Notes under the pieces: generated by a model
The model's database searches: none
What the model was told of the DNA's origin: nothing
What the model saw: the letters and a program-made list of their open reading frames with translations, nothing else
Translations under genes and position numbers: made by a program
Part shown: positions 7,237 through 16,353 of the stretch, one piece after another
How positions within the stretch are numbered: the first letter of the stretch is position 1
Layout: the number at the start of each line of letters is the position of its first letter
Assembly: GCA_035655455.1 (NCBI GenBank)
Contig: DASRUL010000005.1
Location: forward strand, 1 to 56,970
Length of the DNA stretch: 56,970 bases
DNA from: Candidatus Nanoarchaeia archaeon
GTDB taxonomy: Archaea; Nanobdellota; Nanobdellia; SCGC-AAA011-G17; GW2011-AR18
Direction of reading: 5' to 3'

Positions 7237-8370
7237 ATGATCGCCGCAACAGAACTCCTCCCAAAAATGGCCACTTATAAACTCGCGAAACACGGCCTTT
7301 TTCCTATACCCCGACCACTTACCTTAACTTGCTCCATCACTACCGCGTGTCAATCCCTCTGCCAAAGCTGCAACATCGGGCTCGTTTATCAAAAAAATCC
7401 AACGTTAGCAAGAGACGACCTCACCCTCGAAGAAATAGAAAAAATATTCAAATCCTTAGGACACGTTTATTTTTTCAACATCTCAGGCGGAGAACCATTT
7501 CTCAGGCAGGATATTCATGAAATTGTCAGACTTGCCTGCACATACTTAACACCGAAAGTCATTCACACCCCAACAAATGCCTTAATGCCTCAACTCATCG
7601 AAAAAAGAACAAGAAAAATCCTAGACGTCATGAAAGAAGAAGGATTCGGCGACGTTCCTTTCACTATCAAACCCTCCTATGATGGAATAGGGCACAGACA
7701 TGACGAGCTTCGCGGAGTCAAAGGCAACTTCGAAAAATTGATGGACACCTTAAACAGGCTGTTTGCCTTGAGGAAAGACTATCCTAACTTAAAAGTTGGT
7801 TTAGGAACCGTCATCTCCAAAATGAATCTGAAAGACATTCCAGATGTTGTCGCATTCGCATCAACTTTACCCCTAGACACCTACATCAACGAGGTAGCAG
7901 AGCAACGCTTCGAAATGTTCAACACCAATAACCCGATAACACCCACAGCGGAAGAATACCGCCGAGCAGTCGAACACTTCAAAAACTATTCAGAAGGGCG
8001 ACTTAAAGACTCCAAAGACGTGTCCAAAGCCATGTTCGCCTTTAGACTCATCTACTACGAGCTCACTATCAAAACCCTCGCAGAAAAAAGGCAAGTCATC
8101 CCCTGCTACGGCGGCATCTCAAACGTGCATCTCAACGCGAAAGGAGAAGTCTGGCCCTGCTGCGTCTTAGGATATTCAAAACCCCTGGGAAATTTAAGAG
8201 AAGCAGGCTACGACTTTGACAACGTCTGGCATTCTGAACAAGCTAAAGACGTGAGAAGGCATATTCATGAAAAAAAATGTGGTTGCCCTCTCGCAAACCA
8301 AATGTACTCCAATATTTTATTAGATCCTGCGTCAATGACGAAAGTCGCAGCAAAAATACTTTTTAGCTAA
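7237..8370 (+). CDS. radical SAM enzyme with SPASM/twitch-like C-terminal Cys domain
   Basis: CQSLCQSC (CxxxCxxC), ISGGEPF, and C-terminal C-x12-G-x4-C (CYGGISNVHLNAKGEVWPCC) plus CGC. Paralog of 1..827. Confidence 0.8.
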   Translation: MIAATELLPKMATYKLAKHGLFPIPRPLTLTCSITTACQSLCQSCNIGLVYQKNPTLARDDLTLEEIEKIFKSLGHVYFFNISGGEPFLRQDIHEIVRLACTYLTPKVIHTPTNALMPQLIEKRTRKILDVMKEEGFGDVPFTIKPSYDGIGHRHDELRGVKGNFEKLMDTLNRLFALRKDYPNLKVGLGTVISKMNLKDIPDVVAFASTLPLDTYINEVAEQRFEMFNTNNPITPTAEEYRRAVEHFKNYSEGRLKDSKDVSKAMFAFRLIYYELTIKTLAEKRQVIPCYGGISNVHLNAKGEVWPCCVLGYSKPLGNLREAGYDFDNVWHSEQAKDVRRHIHEKKCGCPLANQMYSNILLDPASMTKVAAKILFS

Positions 8371-8939
8371 TCTTTCTTTGTCACAGTCCACACCTCATCA
8401 TTCAAGGCACCATCCCATATTTTCGTAAGGTCAATCAGCCCCAATTGGAACAATTTAATCAACACCATCTTCAACTTGTTCTTCTCAACACCCACCTCCT
8501 TCTCAATATCCTCCAGCTTTTCTCTCCCCTCACTCACCTTTTTCAACACAAGCTCCTCTTCCTCAGTAAGCCTAAGCTCTTTCTTCATTCCAGGAAACCT
8601 CAACTCCTCATCCTGCACATACTCCAAGCCTGCTACTAAAGCAATATACGCCTTCTCCAATTCCATCCCAAGATAAGCGGCATGCTCCTTTAACGAAACC
8701 AAATTCAACTTGCTCTCCATCACAATCGTCGCGTACAACTCCTCAGGATGCTTTCCCTTCACAACAAGCTCAACCTCATTATTCCTCCTACAATACCCAG
8801 CCTCAATCTCCCGCGTCTTTAGATTAATCCTAATCAGAAAATAGCCCTTTGGGTCATATTTCCATTCTTTCAACGAATCATATTTCGCTTGAACAATCTT
8901 CGCCTCATCCCTCACACTCGAACCCACATATAAGCTCAT
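8367..8939 (-). CDS. DUF4346-like domain protein with C-terminal winged-helix-like region
   Basis: DPKGYFLIRIN...GYCRRNNEVELVVKGKHPEELYATIV...HAAYLGMELEKAYIAL..GLEYVQD matches my recollection of the DUF4346 signature (KGYF.I...HAaYLG.EL.kAe.al...Y.QD). The C-terminal ~60 aa look like a wHTH. Confidence 0.45.
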   Translation of the reverse strand: MSLYVGSSVRDEAKIVQAKYDSLKEWKYDPKGYFLIRINLKTREIEAGYCRRNNEVELVVKGKHPEELYATIVMESKLNLVSLKEHAAYLGMELEKAYIALVAGLEYVQDEELRFPGMKKELRLTEEEELVLKKVSEGREKLEDIEKEVGVEKNKLKMVLIKLFQLGLIDLTKIWDGALNDEVWTVTKKD

Positions 8940-8982
8940 CCCTCACAAAAACCTCCAAAACTATAAAAACCCTTTGCATTCC

Positions 8983-10071
8983 TTACACAGACAACAACAT
9001 CTTACTATACTTCTCCCAAGAAAAGTTATGCTTATGCCTTTTAACGTTTTCTTCAAACTCTCCTTTCCTTCCTTCCTTGTAAAAACGCACCACCGCCTCC
9101 CCAAGCTTCTCAGGATTCATCGGCTCAACAAGATACCCAGTCTTACCCTCAACCACAGCCTCCCCAAACCCGCCAACGTTCGTGCTGATCACAGCCTTGT
9201 CAAAGAAATACGCTGTCTGAATCACCCCTGACTGCGTGCCAGAGATGTAGGGCATCACCACAACATCGGTTCTCTCAAAATACCAACACATATCCTCATC
9301 AGGAACATACTTATCTATGATCTTCACATTTTCACCGATCTTCAACCTTTCCACCAAATTTGTATACTCCTCCTTATCCTGCCAAAACTCACCAACGACA
9401 AGAAGATCAAGATTAACCTGCCTCAAAATGAACGGCAACGCCTCAAGAAGATACTTCAACCCCTTGTACGGCCGCACAAAACCAAAAAACAAGATAACAT
9501 TCTTTTTTAATTTTAAACTCTTCAAAATTTCAGGAATATGCTCTCCTTTCGGAGCAGGAAAAATCGGCAAAAACGCACTCGCAACAGGGATCTTGCTCAA
9601 CGCCCTCAAGCTCTCAGCCTCTTTTTTAGCATGCACAACAGCACCATCAACACACCTAAAAAAAAGCTTCGCAAGAGGCTTATCAACAAACGTCCTCTCA
9701 TGAGGAAGCACATTATGACAAATCGCAATCACCCTCGCTCTCGCCATACTTTTAATAAACTTTACAAGAAGCCAATATATTGGGCTCGCAAGAGGAGTAA
9801 TCAATGTGACAATGACTATGTCCGAACCATGCTCCTTGATCTTTCTTGCGGCCTTGTACAACGTCCATGGCTTCGCATAATCCAATAAAAAAATAACATC
9901 ATTATTCTCCGGATCAATAGGCTGATTTTTAATAATAAAAGAAGGATACATCTTTTTCCAACTTAGCACTTGAACACTGTGGTCTTGTTTTAAATTCTCA
10001 ACCAGCATGTGATTAAATTGAGCAATCCCTCCCTTAAAAGGTGGCACCGGTCCAATAAGTGTGATTTTCAT
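8983..10071 (-). CDS. GT4-family glycosyltransferase
   Basis: 362 aa. C-terminal GT-B motif ...VISTNVGGFGEAVVEGKTGYLVEP. Confidence 0.75.
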   Translation of the reverse strand: MKITLIGPVPPFKGGIAQFNHMLVENLKQDHSVQVLSWKKMYPSFIIKNQPIDPENNDVIFLLDYAKPWTLYKAARKIKEHGSDIVIVTLITPLASPIYWLLVKFIKSMARARVIAICHNVLPHERTFVDKPLAKLFFRCVDGAVVHAKKEAESLRALSKIPVASAFLPIFPAPKGEHIPEILKSLKLKKNVILFFGFVRPYKGLKYLLEALPFILRQVNLDLLVVGEFWQDKEEYTNLVERLKIGENVKIIDKYVPDEDMCWYFERTDVVVMPYISGTQSGVIQTAYFFDKAVISTNVGGFGEAVVEGKTGYLVEPMNPEKLGEAVVRFYKEGRKGEFEENVKRHKHNFSWEKYSKMLLSV

Positions 10072-10093
10072 TTTATAATAAGCTAAAGAAAAT

Positions 10094-10102
10094 CTTATAT
10101 AC
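10094..10102. promoter_or_regulatory. single central TATA-like box shared by divergent genes (starts 10071 and 10124)
   Basis: CTTATATAC sits in a 52-bp spacer, 22-31 nt from both ATGs. Confidence 0.45.
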
Positions 10103-10123
10103 GCATCGGAAATCCCTTCGTCA

Positions 10124-10411
10124 ATGAAAAGGGTTCTTATTACAGGAATTACAGGACAAGACGGATCCTACCTCGCAGAATTTCTTCTGGGAAAGAACTA
10201 TGAGGTTTTTGGGATGGTCCGCCGCTCAAGCAATGAGAAACTCGAAAGAATAAGTCATATTCTAGACCACATCACCCTTATCTAGGGAGATATTACAGAC
10301 CAATCTTCTCTTCATGAAGCGCTTAAAGACGTACAACCAGATGAAGTCTATCACCTTGCATCACAATCCTTTGTCGCAACATCATGGAACCAGCCTGTGC
10401 TCACCGCAGAG
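10124..10411 (+). pseudogene. gmd: GDP-mannose 4,6-dehydratase remnant (in-frame TAG, truncated after ~96 codons)
   Basis: [36 protein letters not shown]...HITLI*GDITDQSSLHEALKDVQPDEVYHLASQSFVATSWNQPVLTAEA. Collinear with the Gmd N-terminus (..[20 protein letters not shown]...LHYGDLSD...QPDEVYNLGA.SHV). The TAG at 10283-10285 replaces the conserved Tyr codon. Homology ends near 10411. Confidence 0.8.
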
Positions 10412-11308
10412 GCCTCAGACAAGTTTGATCCGTTACTCGGATGGAAACCAAAACCAAACTTTAAAGGAAAATATTTAAACAACGCGACCTACACCACAAA
10501 TTCCCAAGGCATTCGCGGCCAGCGAGAATACTCTTATAAAAAAGACCCTTCCACTTTTAGAATCATCACCATTGGAGACTCGTTCACCTTTGGGGAAAAC
10601 GCCAATGACAACGAAACTTACCCTTTCCTTCTCGAACAAACACTTACGACACTCACCAACAAGACTATTGAAGTGATTAACTTCGGTGTTCACGCAACAG
10701 GCACAGACCAAGGCTATCTCTACCTCAAGGAAGAAGGAATGAACTACACTCCCAATCTTATCGTTTACGGACTCTTTATTCCAGACATTCATCGAAATTC
10801 CATGAACTTCAGAGACTACGCAAAACCCCGTTTCACTCTGAAAAATGGAGACCTCGTTTTGGAAAGCCTTCCACGAGAACCAGGATATTACCTCAGCCAT
10901 CCAGCAGAACGACCCATCCTCTACTCCCCAAGACTTATAGGAAACTTCCTCCTCACTACCTACAAAAAACTCACCTTATACCATCACGATGTAGAACTCA
11001 CCAAATCAATCATCAAAGAAATGAACAACCTCACAAAAGAAAAGAATGCACAACTGATTGTTGTTCTTATTCCCACCCAAGCGTCAGTAGAAACAGACAC
11101 CTTCAACTTTTACGACAACGTTCAAAAAAGTTTTAAGGAATTCGCTCCTGAAGAATCCATCCCACTCTTCGACCTAGAACCGGAATTTAAACTCCTTACA
11201 AAAGCAGAAAATATTACTCTTTACAACGAACACTGGACACTTGAAGGCAACAAAGAAGCAGCAGAAGCAATCGCACATTTTCTCATCCAAGAAAAACTCT
11301 TACAATAA
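10397..11308 (+). CDS. SGNH/GDSL hydrolase-like protein lacking its N-terminal membrane anchor (possibly a pseudogene, in frame with the gmd remnant)
   Basis: GDS block FRIITIGDSFTFG. Paralog of 35337..36620 (DPLLGW...NSQGIRG...GDSFTFGENANDNETY versus DPVLGH...NSEGLRG...GDSFAFGVGVEDNETF). No ATG start; the track start is a GTG in the gmd frame. Confidence 0.55.
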   Translation: MLTAEASDKFDPLLGWKPKPNFKGKYLNNATYTTNSQGIRGQREYSYKKDPSTFRIITIGDSFTFGENANDNETYPFLLEQTLTTLTNKTIEVINFGVHATGTDQGYLYLKEEGMNYTPNLIVYGLFIPDIHRNSMNFRDYAKPRFTLKNGDLVLESLPREPGYYLSHPAERPILYSPRLIGNFLLTTYKKLTLYHHDVELTKSIIKEMNNLTKEKNAQLIVVLIPTQASVETDTFNFYDNVQKSFKEFAPEESIPLFDLEPEFKLLTKAENITLYNEHWTLEGNKEAAEAIAHFLIQEKLLQ

Positions 11309-11309
11309 C

Positions 11310-11319
11310 TTATATAAAG
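11310..11319 (+). promoter_or_regulatory. TATA box candidate for the flippase gene
   Basis: TTATATAAAG lies 23-32 nt upstream of the ATG at 11342. Confidence 0.4.
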
Positions 11320-11341
11320 GCGCCACTCTCGAACAGTCTTC

Positions 11342-12880
11342 ATGAACCAAACAGATAGCGCTCTCGAAAAAATCGCACATGGAACACTCCTCGCACTCGG
11401 AGGAATCATCATTTCAAAACTTTTAGGATACACTTACAGGCTCATCGCAGCGCGCTTCGGAACAGAAGAATATGGCATTCTTTCTTTAGGACTTGCAGTT
11501 TTTAACATCCTCACACTCATCGGCGTTCTCGGACTTAATCAGGGAGCCTTACGCTACGTTTCATTTTACAGAGAAAAAGCAAATTTTTCAAGACTTAAAG
11601 AAATCATCACCTCAGCTGTCGCATCCTCAGCTCTTATCAGTATCCTTTTAGGAGCGCTGCTCTTCATCTTTTCAGATTTTATCGCAACAGCTTTCTTTCA
11701 TGAGCCAAAACTCGGAATCGTCTTAAAAATTTTAGCATTCATCGTCCCTTTTGATACATGTAAGAACATTCTTTTCAGCATCATCAGAGGATTCCAAAAC
11801 GTCATCTATGAAATTTACTCTCGAAACATCACAGAAACTGCAGTCAAAGTTTTTCTCACGTTAATCCTCTCCTTCTTAGGGTACAAACTCTTAGGAGCGA
11901 CTATCGCTTTTAGCATTGCTATCCTCGTTTCTTTCTCGATGGCTGTTTATTACCTTTTCAAAACTTACAATATCCTCAAACACAAAGGAAGCTTTATTCT
12001 CTTTGACAAAGAATTAATGTATTACTCCTTACCACTCGTCCTCAACAACTTTACCATCCTTGTCTTGCTCTGGGCAGACACGCTCATCATCGGCTACTTC
12101 AAGGCAGCACACGATGTCGGTATTTACAACGCCGCAGGCCCAAGCGCAGCGCTCATGTATCTCTTTCCACAAGCCCTGCTTTCACTCTTCCTTCCAGTGC
12201 TCACAGGGCTGTACGCGAAAGGAAACATGGAAGATTTCAAAAACGTGTACAAAACAGCAATCAAGTGGGTCACTCTTGTCAACGCACTCGCCTTCATTCT
12301 TTTCTTCCTCTCACCGAAAGAACTCCTCTCCTTGTTCTTCGGCGACGCTTATGCAGAGGGAGCAGTTGTTCTCGTTATTCTCGCAGCAGGCTATCTCATC
12401 TACTACCTTAGCCTTATCTCCACAAATGTCCTTCTTATTCACGAGAAAACAAGGCTTATCTTTTTTATATCAGCAGCGGGAGCAGCACTCAACCTTGTTC
12501 TTAACGTGCTCTTCATCCAGTTCTATGGCATCATCGGATCAGCACTTGCAACAGCAACAGCATACTTTTTCATGAGCCTGCTCCTTTTCCATCACAGCTT
12601 CAAGCTGACGAAGATAAAGATACTCTTTAATAAAAATATTTTTAAAATCTCACTTGCTGCTCTGCTCTCAGCAGCACTCACTTTCTTTTTTACCAGCTTC
12701 CTTTCTCTTCAACCAGCACTTACTCTCCTCGTTCGCAGCGTTCTTGCAAGCGTTCTTTACCTTGTCATGATCTTTTTATTCAATGTCTTAGAAGAACACG
12801 ATTTCTTGCTCTTAAAAGAGGCGAGTAAACGGCTCAACTCGCCAAGATTGGAAAGATTCCTCAAAAGAGTTGTTAAATAA
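11342..12880 (+). CDS. Wzx/MOP-family oligosaccharide flippase
   Basis: 512 aa and about 12-14 TM helices. N-terminal pattern ...GTLLALGGIIISKLLGYTYRLIAARFGTEEYG is typical of polysaccharide biosynthesis (PST) proteins. Confidence 0.7.
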   Translation: MNQTDSALEKIAHGTLLALGGIIISKLLGYTYRLIAARFGTEEYGILSLGLAVFNILTLIGVLGLNQGALRYVSFYREKANFSRLKEIITSAVASSALISILLGALLFIFSDFIATAFFHEPKLGIVLKILAFIVPFDTCKNILFSIIRGFQNVIYEIYSRNITETAVKVFLTLILSFLGYKLLGATIAFSIAILVSFSMAVYYLFKTYNILKHKGSFILFDKELMYYSLPLVLNNFTILVLLWADTLIIGYFKAAHDVGIYNAAGPSAALMYLFPQALLSLFLPVLTGLYAKGNMEDFKNVYKTAIKWVTLVNALAFILFFLSPKELLSLFFGDAYAEGAVVLVILAAGYLIYYLSLISTNVLLIHEKTRLIFFISAAGAALNLVLNVLFIQFYGIIGSALATATAYFFMSLLLFHHSFKLTKIKILFNKNIFKISLAALLSAALTFFFTSFLSLQPALTLLVRSVLASVLYLVMIFLFNVLEEHDFLLLKEASKRLNSPRLERFLKRVVK

Positions 12881-13862
12881 ACCTTCTCAACCCTTCCTTA
12901 AACAATCTCACGCTCTCCTCCTCGCTAGGATAGGACCCGCTAACTTCAATAGCTTTTTTAGCGTACTTCTTCAACAAGACTTTACTTTTCCACAATTTTT
13001 TAATAATCCGTTCAGCCTCAGCATCATCTTTCACCACAAGCTCCTTTGCAACTCTCTCGACATACACCTTATTCCCAACACCCTTGCTCACAATCGGAAC
13101 AATGCCAACACTCATCGCCTGTATTACAGAGACAGAGGCAGGATCAATCCACGACAAGTTCACGTACAACGAACATAACCTCAAATAAGGCTTAATGTCC
13201 ACATGACCTGTAAAAATCACATCTTTTAAATTTCTTCTTTCTAATTGTTCTCTTAAATTCCCTTGGCCATGAATGTACGAACTCGCACCACACAAATATA
13301 ACTTTGCCTCAGGAAACTCTTTTTTTACTTTTAAGAACGCTTCCACAAGATGATCAACGCCTTTCTCCAAACAAATCCTCGCAGTGAAAATAATATTCTT
13401 TGTATTAACATTTCCTTTTACTCTTTTCAAACTCTTCCTGTCAAAAGCAGGAGCGACAATAAAAGCCCTCTTCTGGCACTCAACAGGCAAGTAGTTCTTC
13501 ATCATCTCAGACGTGCACACAAGCACATCAATCTTTTTCAACATCCATAAATACAACTTTTTTTTAATAGTGAGCATCCTCCATATGTGATAATACTTCG
13601 GATCAGACACAATCAAGCCTAGCTTTTTTTTCTTGTTCTTTAACTTCCAAAGAACACCAGTAGGAAGCTGCGAAGCGCTCTCACACAACACAAAGTCTGC
13701 GTTCCTCTTAATCCTCCTTAATGTTTTAAAAGATTTTAACAACCTAGACAAATTCTTCAGTTTGTACGCATTCACCCTGTCATCAAGATACTCCGCATTA
13801 ATACTATCAGCCCACAAGCCATGCGCAGGATGAGGCGCGTTACTCAAAAAAACAGCTTTCAT
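12873..13862 (-). CDS. GT4-like glycosyltransferase
   Basis: GT-B-like C-terminal half (KLYLCGAS...ASVSVIQAMSVGIVPIVSKGVGN). ATG at 13862 preferred (TATA-like TTTTTAAATC, minus strand, 21-32 nt upstream). Confidence 0.6.
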   Translation of the reverse strand: MKAVFLSNAPHPAHGLWADSINAEYLDDRVNAYKLKNLSRLLKSFKTLRRIKRNADFVLCESASQLPTGVLWKLKNKKKKLGLIVSDPKYYHIWRMLTIKKKLYLWMLKKIDVLVCTSEMMKNYLPVECQKRAFIVAPAFDRKSLKRVKGNVNTKNIIFTARICLEKGVDHLVEAFLKVKKEFPEAKLYLCGASSYIHGQGNLREQLERRNLKDVIFTGHVDIKPYLRLCSLYVNLSWIDPASVSVIQAMSVGIVPIVSKGVGNKVYVERVAKELVVKDDAEAERIIKKLWKSKVLLKKYAKKAIEVSGSYPSEEESVRLFKEGLRRFI

Positions 13863-13930
13863 CCAATAAAGCAAAAAACTCTGATTTAAAAAGATAGTTA
13901 TAGCATCAATTCAAATAATTCTTTCATGTT

Positions 13931-15409
13931 TTAAGCGTACGCTGGCTGCGATGGAGATCTAATGTAGGGCAATGACTTCAACACAACCTTACTGAACAAA
14001 TTGTCCTTATGAGAATACTTCTTCTGCAAAGAACTTAATATCTGCAGCTCGGTCGGATGCTCAAAATCCTTCTCTCTCAGCCTTTTTTCAGGAATCTTAG
14101 AAAGGATGGGGATATTTACCTCTCTCAACGGCAACAAATTGAAATAATCCCTGATCCTCCTGAAATACGCGGAATCCTTCACCCAATCCAGCCACGTCAA
14201 CTGCAAATTCCCAGCCCAACGATCGAGACAATCCCAATCCTCAGTCTTTGTGGGAGGAACAAAGCCCATCCTCAACGCAGTATCATATAAGTCAGATCCA
14301 GGATACGGCAGGTAAAACCCGAAACTAAACCTCGCCTTTGGATTCACCTGACTCAACTCCAACGCCAGATCAATAGTCTGGAAGGTCTCCTCCTTTGTCT
14401 CAGTCGGCAGACCCATAATAAACGAACCAACAGGCTTCACGTCAGGCGCTTTTGTCAGATTTCTTATGCCTCTCTTGATGTGATCAACAGTTTGCAACTT
14501 CTTCATCATCGCCAACAAGCGATTGCTTCCAGACTCCAATCCCAACAAGAGCTCCCTGCATTGCGTCTCTACGAGTTTCTTAACCAAGGGCTCGTCAAGC
14601 ATGCCCACACGCACCTCCCCATACCACGGAAGCTTTACCTCCTCAAGAATCCTTATCGCGCGCTGTGGATCAGAAAAAATAAGATCATCATAAAACTTAA
14701 TCCCATCAATATTATACATATCCTTCAAATACTTCACCTTCTCGACAACCTTCTTCTCTGACATCGCCCTCCACCTTCTCAAATTAAACCTCAAATTATA
14801 ACAGAATTTGCAATCAAACGGACAGCCCCTGCTCGTGATAAACCCAAGCACTCTCTTGTTACTCCACTCACGCTCCAAATGATCCTCCACATTTATCAAA
14901 TCAAAATCCAAATCCAGTTGGTCAAGATCTTCAATTAACGGTCTTGGAGCATTTACTACAGGAACACCATTATTCTTAAAACATAACCCCAGAATTTCTT
15001 CAGGCTTCACCTTTCCTTCCAACATCCTTACAATGTCCAGAATAATCGTGTCACCCTCACCATTCGCAACATAATCAATATAATCCTCTTTCACTGTCTC
15101 CCTCGGAAGCAAGGTTGGATGCACACCCCCCCACAAGATTGGTAGCTCTGGCTTCTCAGCTTTCAACATCTTTGAAAGATTCGCACTCTCTCTTGTTTGG
15201 TTTCCTGTGATCACTGAAAGACCAACAAGCATCGGATCAACACTCAAAATGTCTTTGACTGCAGCCTGCAGTTTTTCAGAATTCACATGAAACACCTTCG
15301 GCTCGTACCCAGCTTTTTTCAAGGTGTCCCCAACAAAGAGAAGCGCAAGTGGCGCTATTCTCATATCCTCAGGGTTACTGATCTGCACCAGCGCGATAGG
15401 TTTTTCCAT
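13931..15409 (-). CDS. B12-binding (class B) radical SAM enzyme
   Basis: N-terminal B12-domain pattern (IAPLALLFVGDTLKKAGYEPKVFHV) and TSRGCPFDCKFCYN. Confidence 0.8.
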   Translation of the reverse strand: MEKPIALVQISNPEDMRIAPLALLFVGDTLKKAGYEPKVFHVNSEKLQAAVKDILSVDPMLVGLSVITGNQTRESANLSKMLKAEKPELPILWGGVHPTLLPRETVKEDYIDYVANGEGDTIILDIVRMLEGKVKPEEILGLCFKNNGVPVVNAPRPLIEDLDQLDLDFDLINVEDHLEREWSNKRVLGFITSRGCPFDCKFCYNLRFNLRRWRAMSEKKVVEKVKYLKDMYNIDGIKFYDDLIFSDPQRAIRILEEVKLPWYGEVRVGMLDEPLVKKLVETQCRELLLGLESGSNRLLAMMKKLQTVDHIKRGIRNLTKAPDVKPVGSFIMGLPTETKEETFQTIDLALELSQVNPKARFSFGFYLPYPGSDLYDTALRMGFVPPTKTEDWDCLDRWAGNLQLTWLDWVKDSAYFRRIRDYFNLLPLREVNIPILSKIPEKRLREKDFEHPTELQILSSLQKKYSHKDNLFSKVVLKSLPYIRSPSQPAYA

Positions 15410-15434
15410 CTTTTGGACTGAGTCAACAGTTTTT

Positions 15435-15677
15435 CTATTTAAAACTTCCTGTCTCTTTCACAACTTTAATCACTTTCGTCGGACAATCCCTCGCAGCCAG
15501 TTCATTCACCGCAAGCTCACTCTCAGCGATCTCAACAACAAAAATTTCACCTTCTTTCTTCCCACACTTCAAATTGGACTTCCCATCATCCTTGTCCATC
15601 TCCCATTGGCCAGGCGCTTGCTCGGCACACAACGTACAGCCAATACACCCAGGACGATCGTGCACAATCTTAATCAT
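15435..15677 (-). CDS. small single-cluster ferredoxin
   Basis: MIKIVHDRPGCIGCTLCAEQAP...ARDCPTKVIKV (CxxCxxC...CP). Lies directly upstream of, and on the same strand as, the B12-rSAM gene. Confidence 0.75.
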   Translation of the reverse strand: MIKIVHDRPGCIGCTLCAEQAPGQWEMDKDDGKSNLKCGKKEGEIFVVEIAESELAVNELAARDCPTKVIKVVKETGSFK

Positions 15678-15702
15678 CCCTCTCAAAAGAAAGAAAGATT
15701 AT

Positions 15703-16353
15703 TTAAGAGTTATGATCCCTCTTTTTAAGCACGTACGTTTTATGAACATTCATCCAGTCAGGAAAACGGCACTTCCCAAATAGTTTCGCGTAATGAACAT
15801 TCAAAGAAAGAAAATTACACGTCACATGCCTTTCTTCGATACTTAATCCCGCTTTTTTAAAGACGCTAATATATCTTTCTTCCCCCCATTCAATCATTTC
15901 ATAAAAAATGCCGTGCTTATGAGGATGGCCATGCGCGAAAAACCTCAATGGGTTTTTTAGAAATTTTTTAAACTCTTTCAGCGGCTGCAACCACACGCCT
16001 GGAGATAGGAAATAAGCCAAGTACCAAGAAGGTCTTGGCACGCTCAAAATAATTCTTCCTTGGCCTTTCAAACACCGCCGCATCTCTTTCAAATAAACGT
16101 CCTCATCCTCCACATGCTCAAGCACAAAATTCGAGACAAACACATCCACACTTTCGTCCTTAAAAGGCAGGCTATCCCCTCTTGTGACAACATCCACCCC
16201 ATCGTCCTCTTTGATATCCAACCCAATGATATTTTTATTATATAATCTTTTAAACTCGTTCTTCCCACACCCATTGTCAATAATAAGACTCCCTCTAAAT
16301 TTTTCAAGAAGACTCGCAATAAACAGATAGGAAGGATTATTTTCCTGCATCAT
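15703..16353 (-). CDS. class I SAM-dependent methyltransferase
   Basis: Motif I IIDNGCGKN and post-I/II VFVSNFVLEHV. ATG at 16353 overlaps the upstream stop (ATGA). Confidence 0.7.
   Translation of the reverse strand: MMQENNPSYLFIASLLEKFRGSLIIDNGCGKNEFKRLYNKNIIGLDIKEDDGVDVVTRGDSLPFKDESVDVFVSNFVLEHVEDEDVYLKEMRRCLKGQGRIILSVPRPSWYLAYFLSPGVWLQPLKEFKKFLKNPLRFFAHGHPHKHGIFYEMIEWGEERYISVFKKAGLSIEERHVTCNFLSLNVHYAKLFGKCRFPDWMNVHKTYVLKKRDHNS

Noticed and set aside
7186-7293. N-terminal extension of the GT-C ORF (track start 7293) overlapping the divergent rSAM gene start.
   Set aside because: It would overlap the divergent gene and its promoter. The ATG at 7185 precedes the first TM helix and has a correctly spaced TATA-like box.
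7237-8370. The SPASM/twitch radical SAM genes as RiPP maturases with a nearby precursor peptide.
   Set aside because: There is no short Cys-rich or Gly-rich ORF adjacent to either gene, and the neighbours are glycan-pathway membrane proteins. The only small Cys-rich ORF (32147..32410) is 24 kb away on a mobile element.
10283-10285. In-frame TAG in the gmd-like frame as a possible recoding or read-through event (for example Pyl or code reassignment).
   Set aside because: TAG terminates other good genes in the window (3134..3487 and 28317..29321). Gmd homology is also truncated about 40 codons later, so a pseudogene is the simpler reading.
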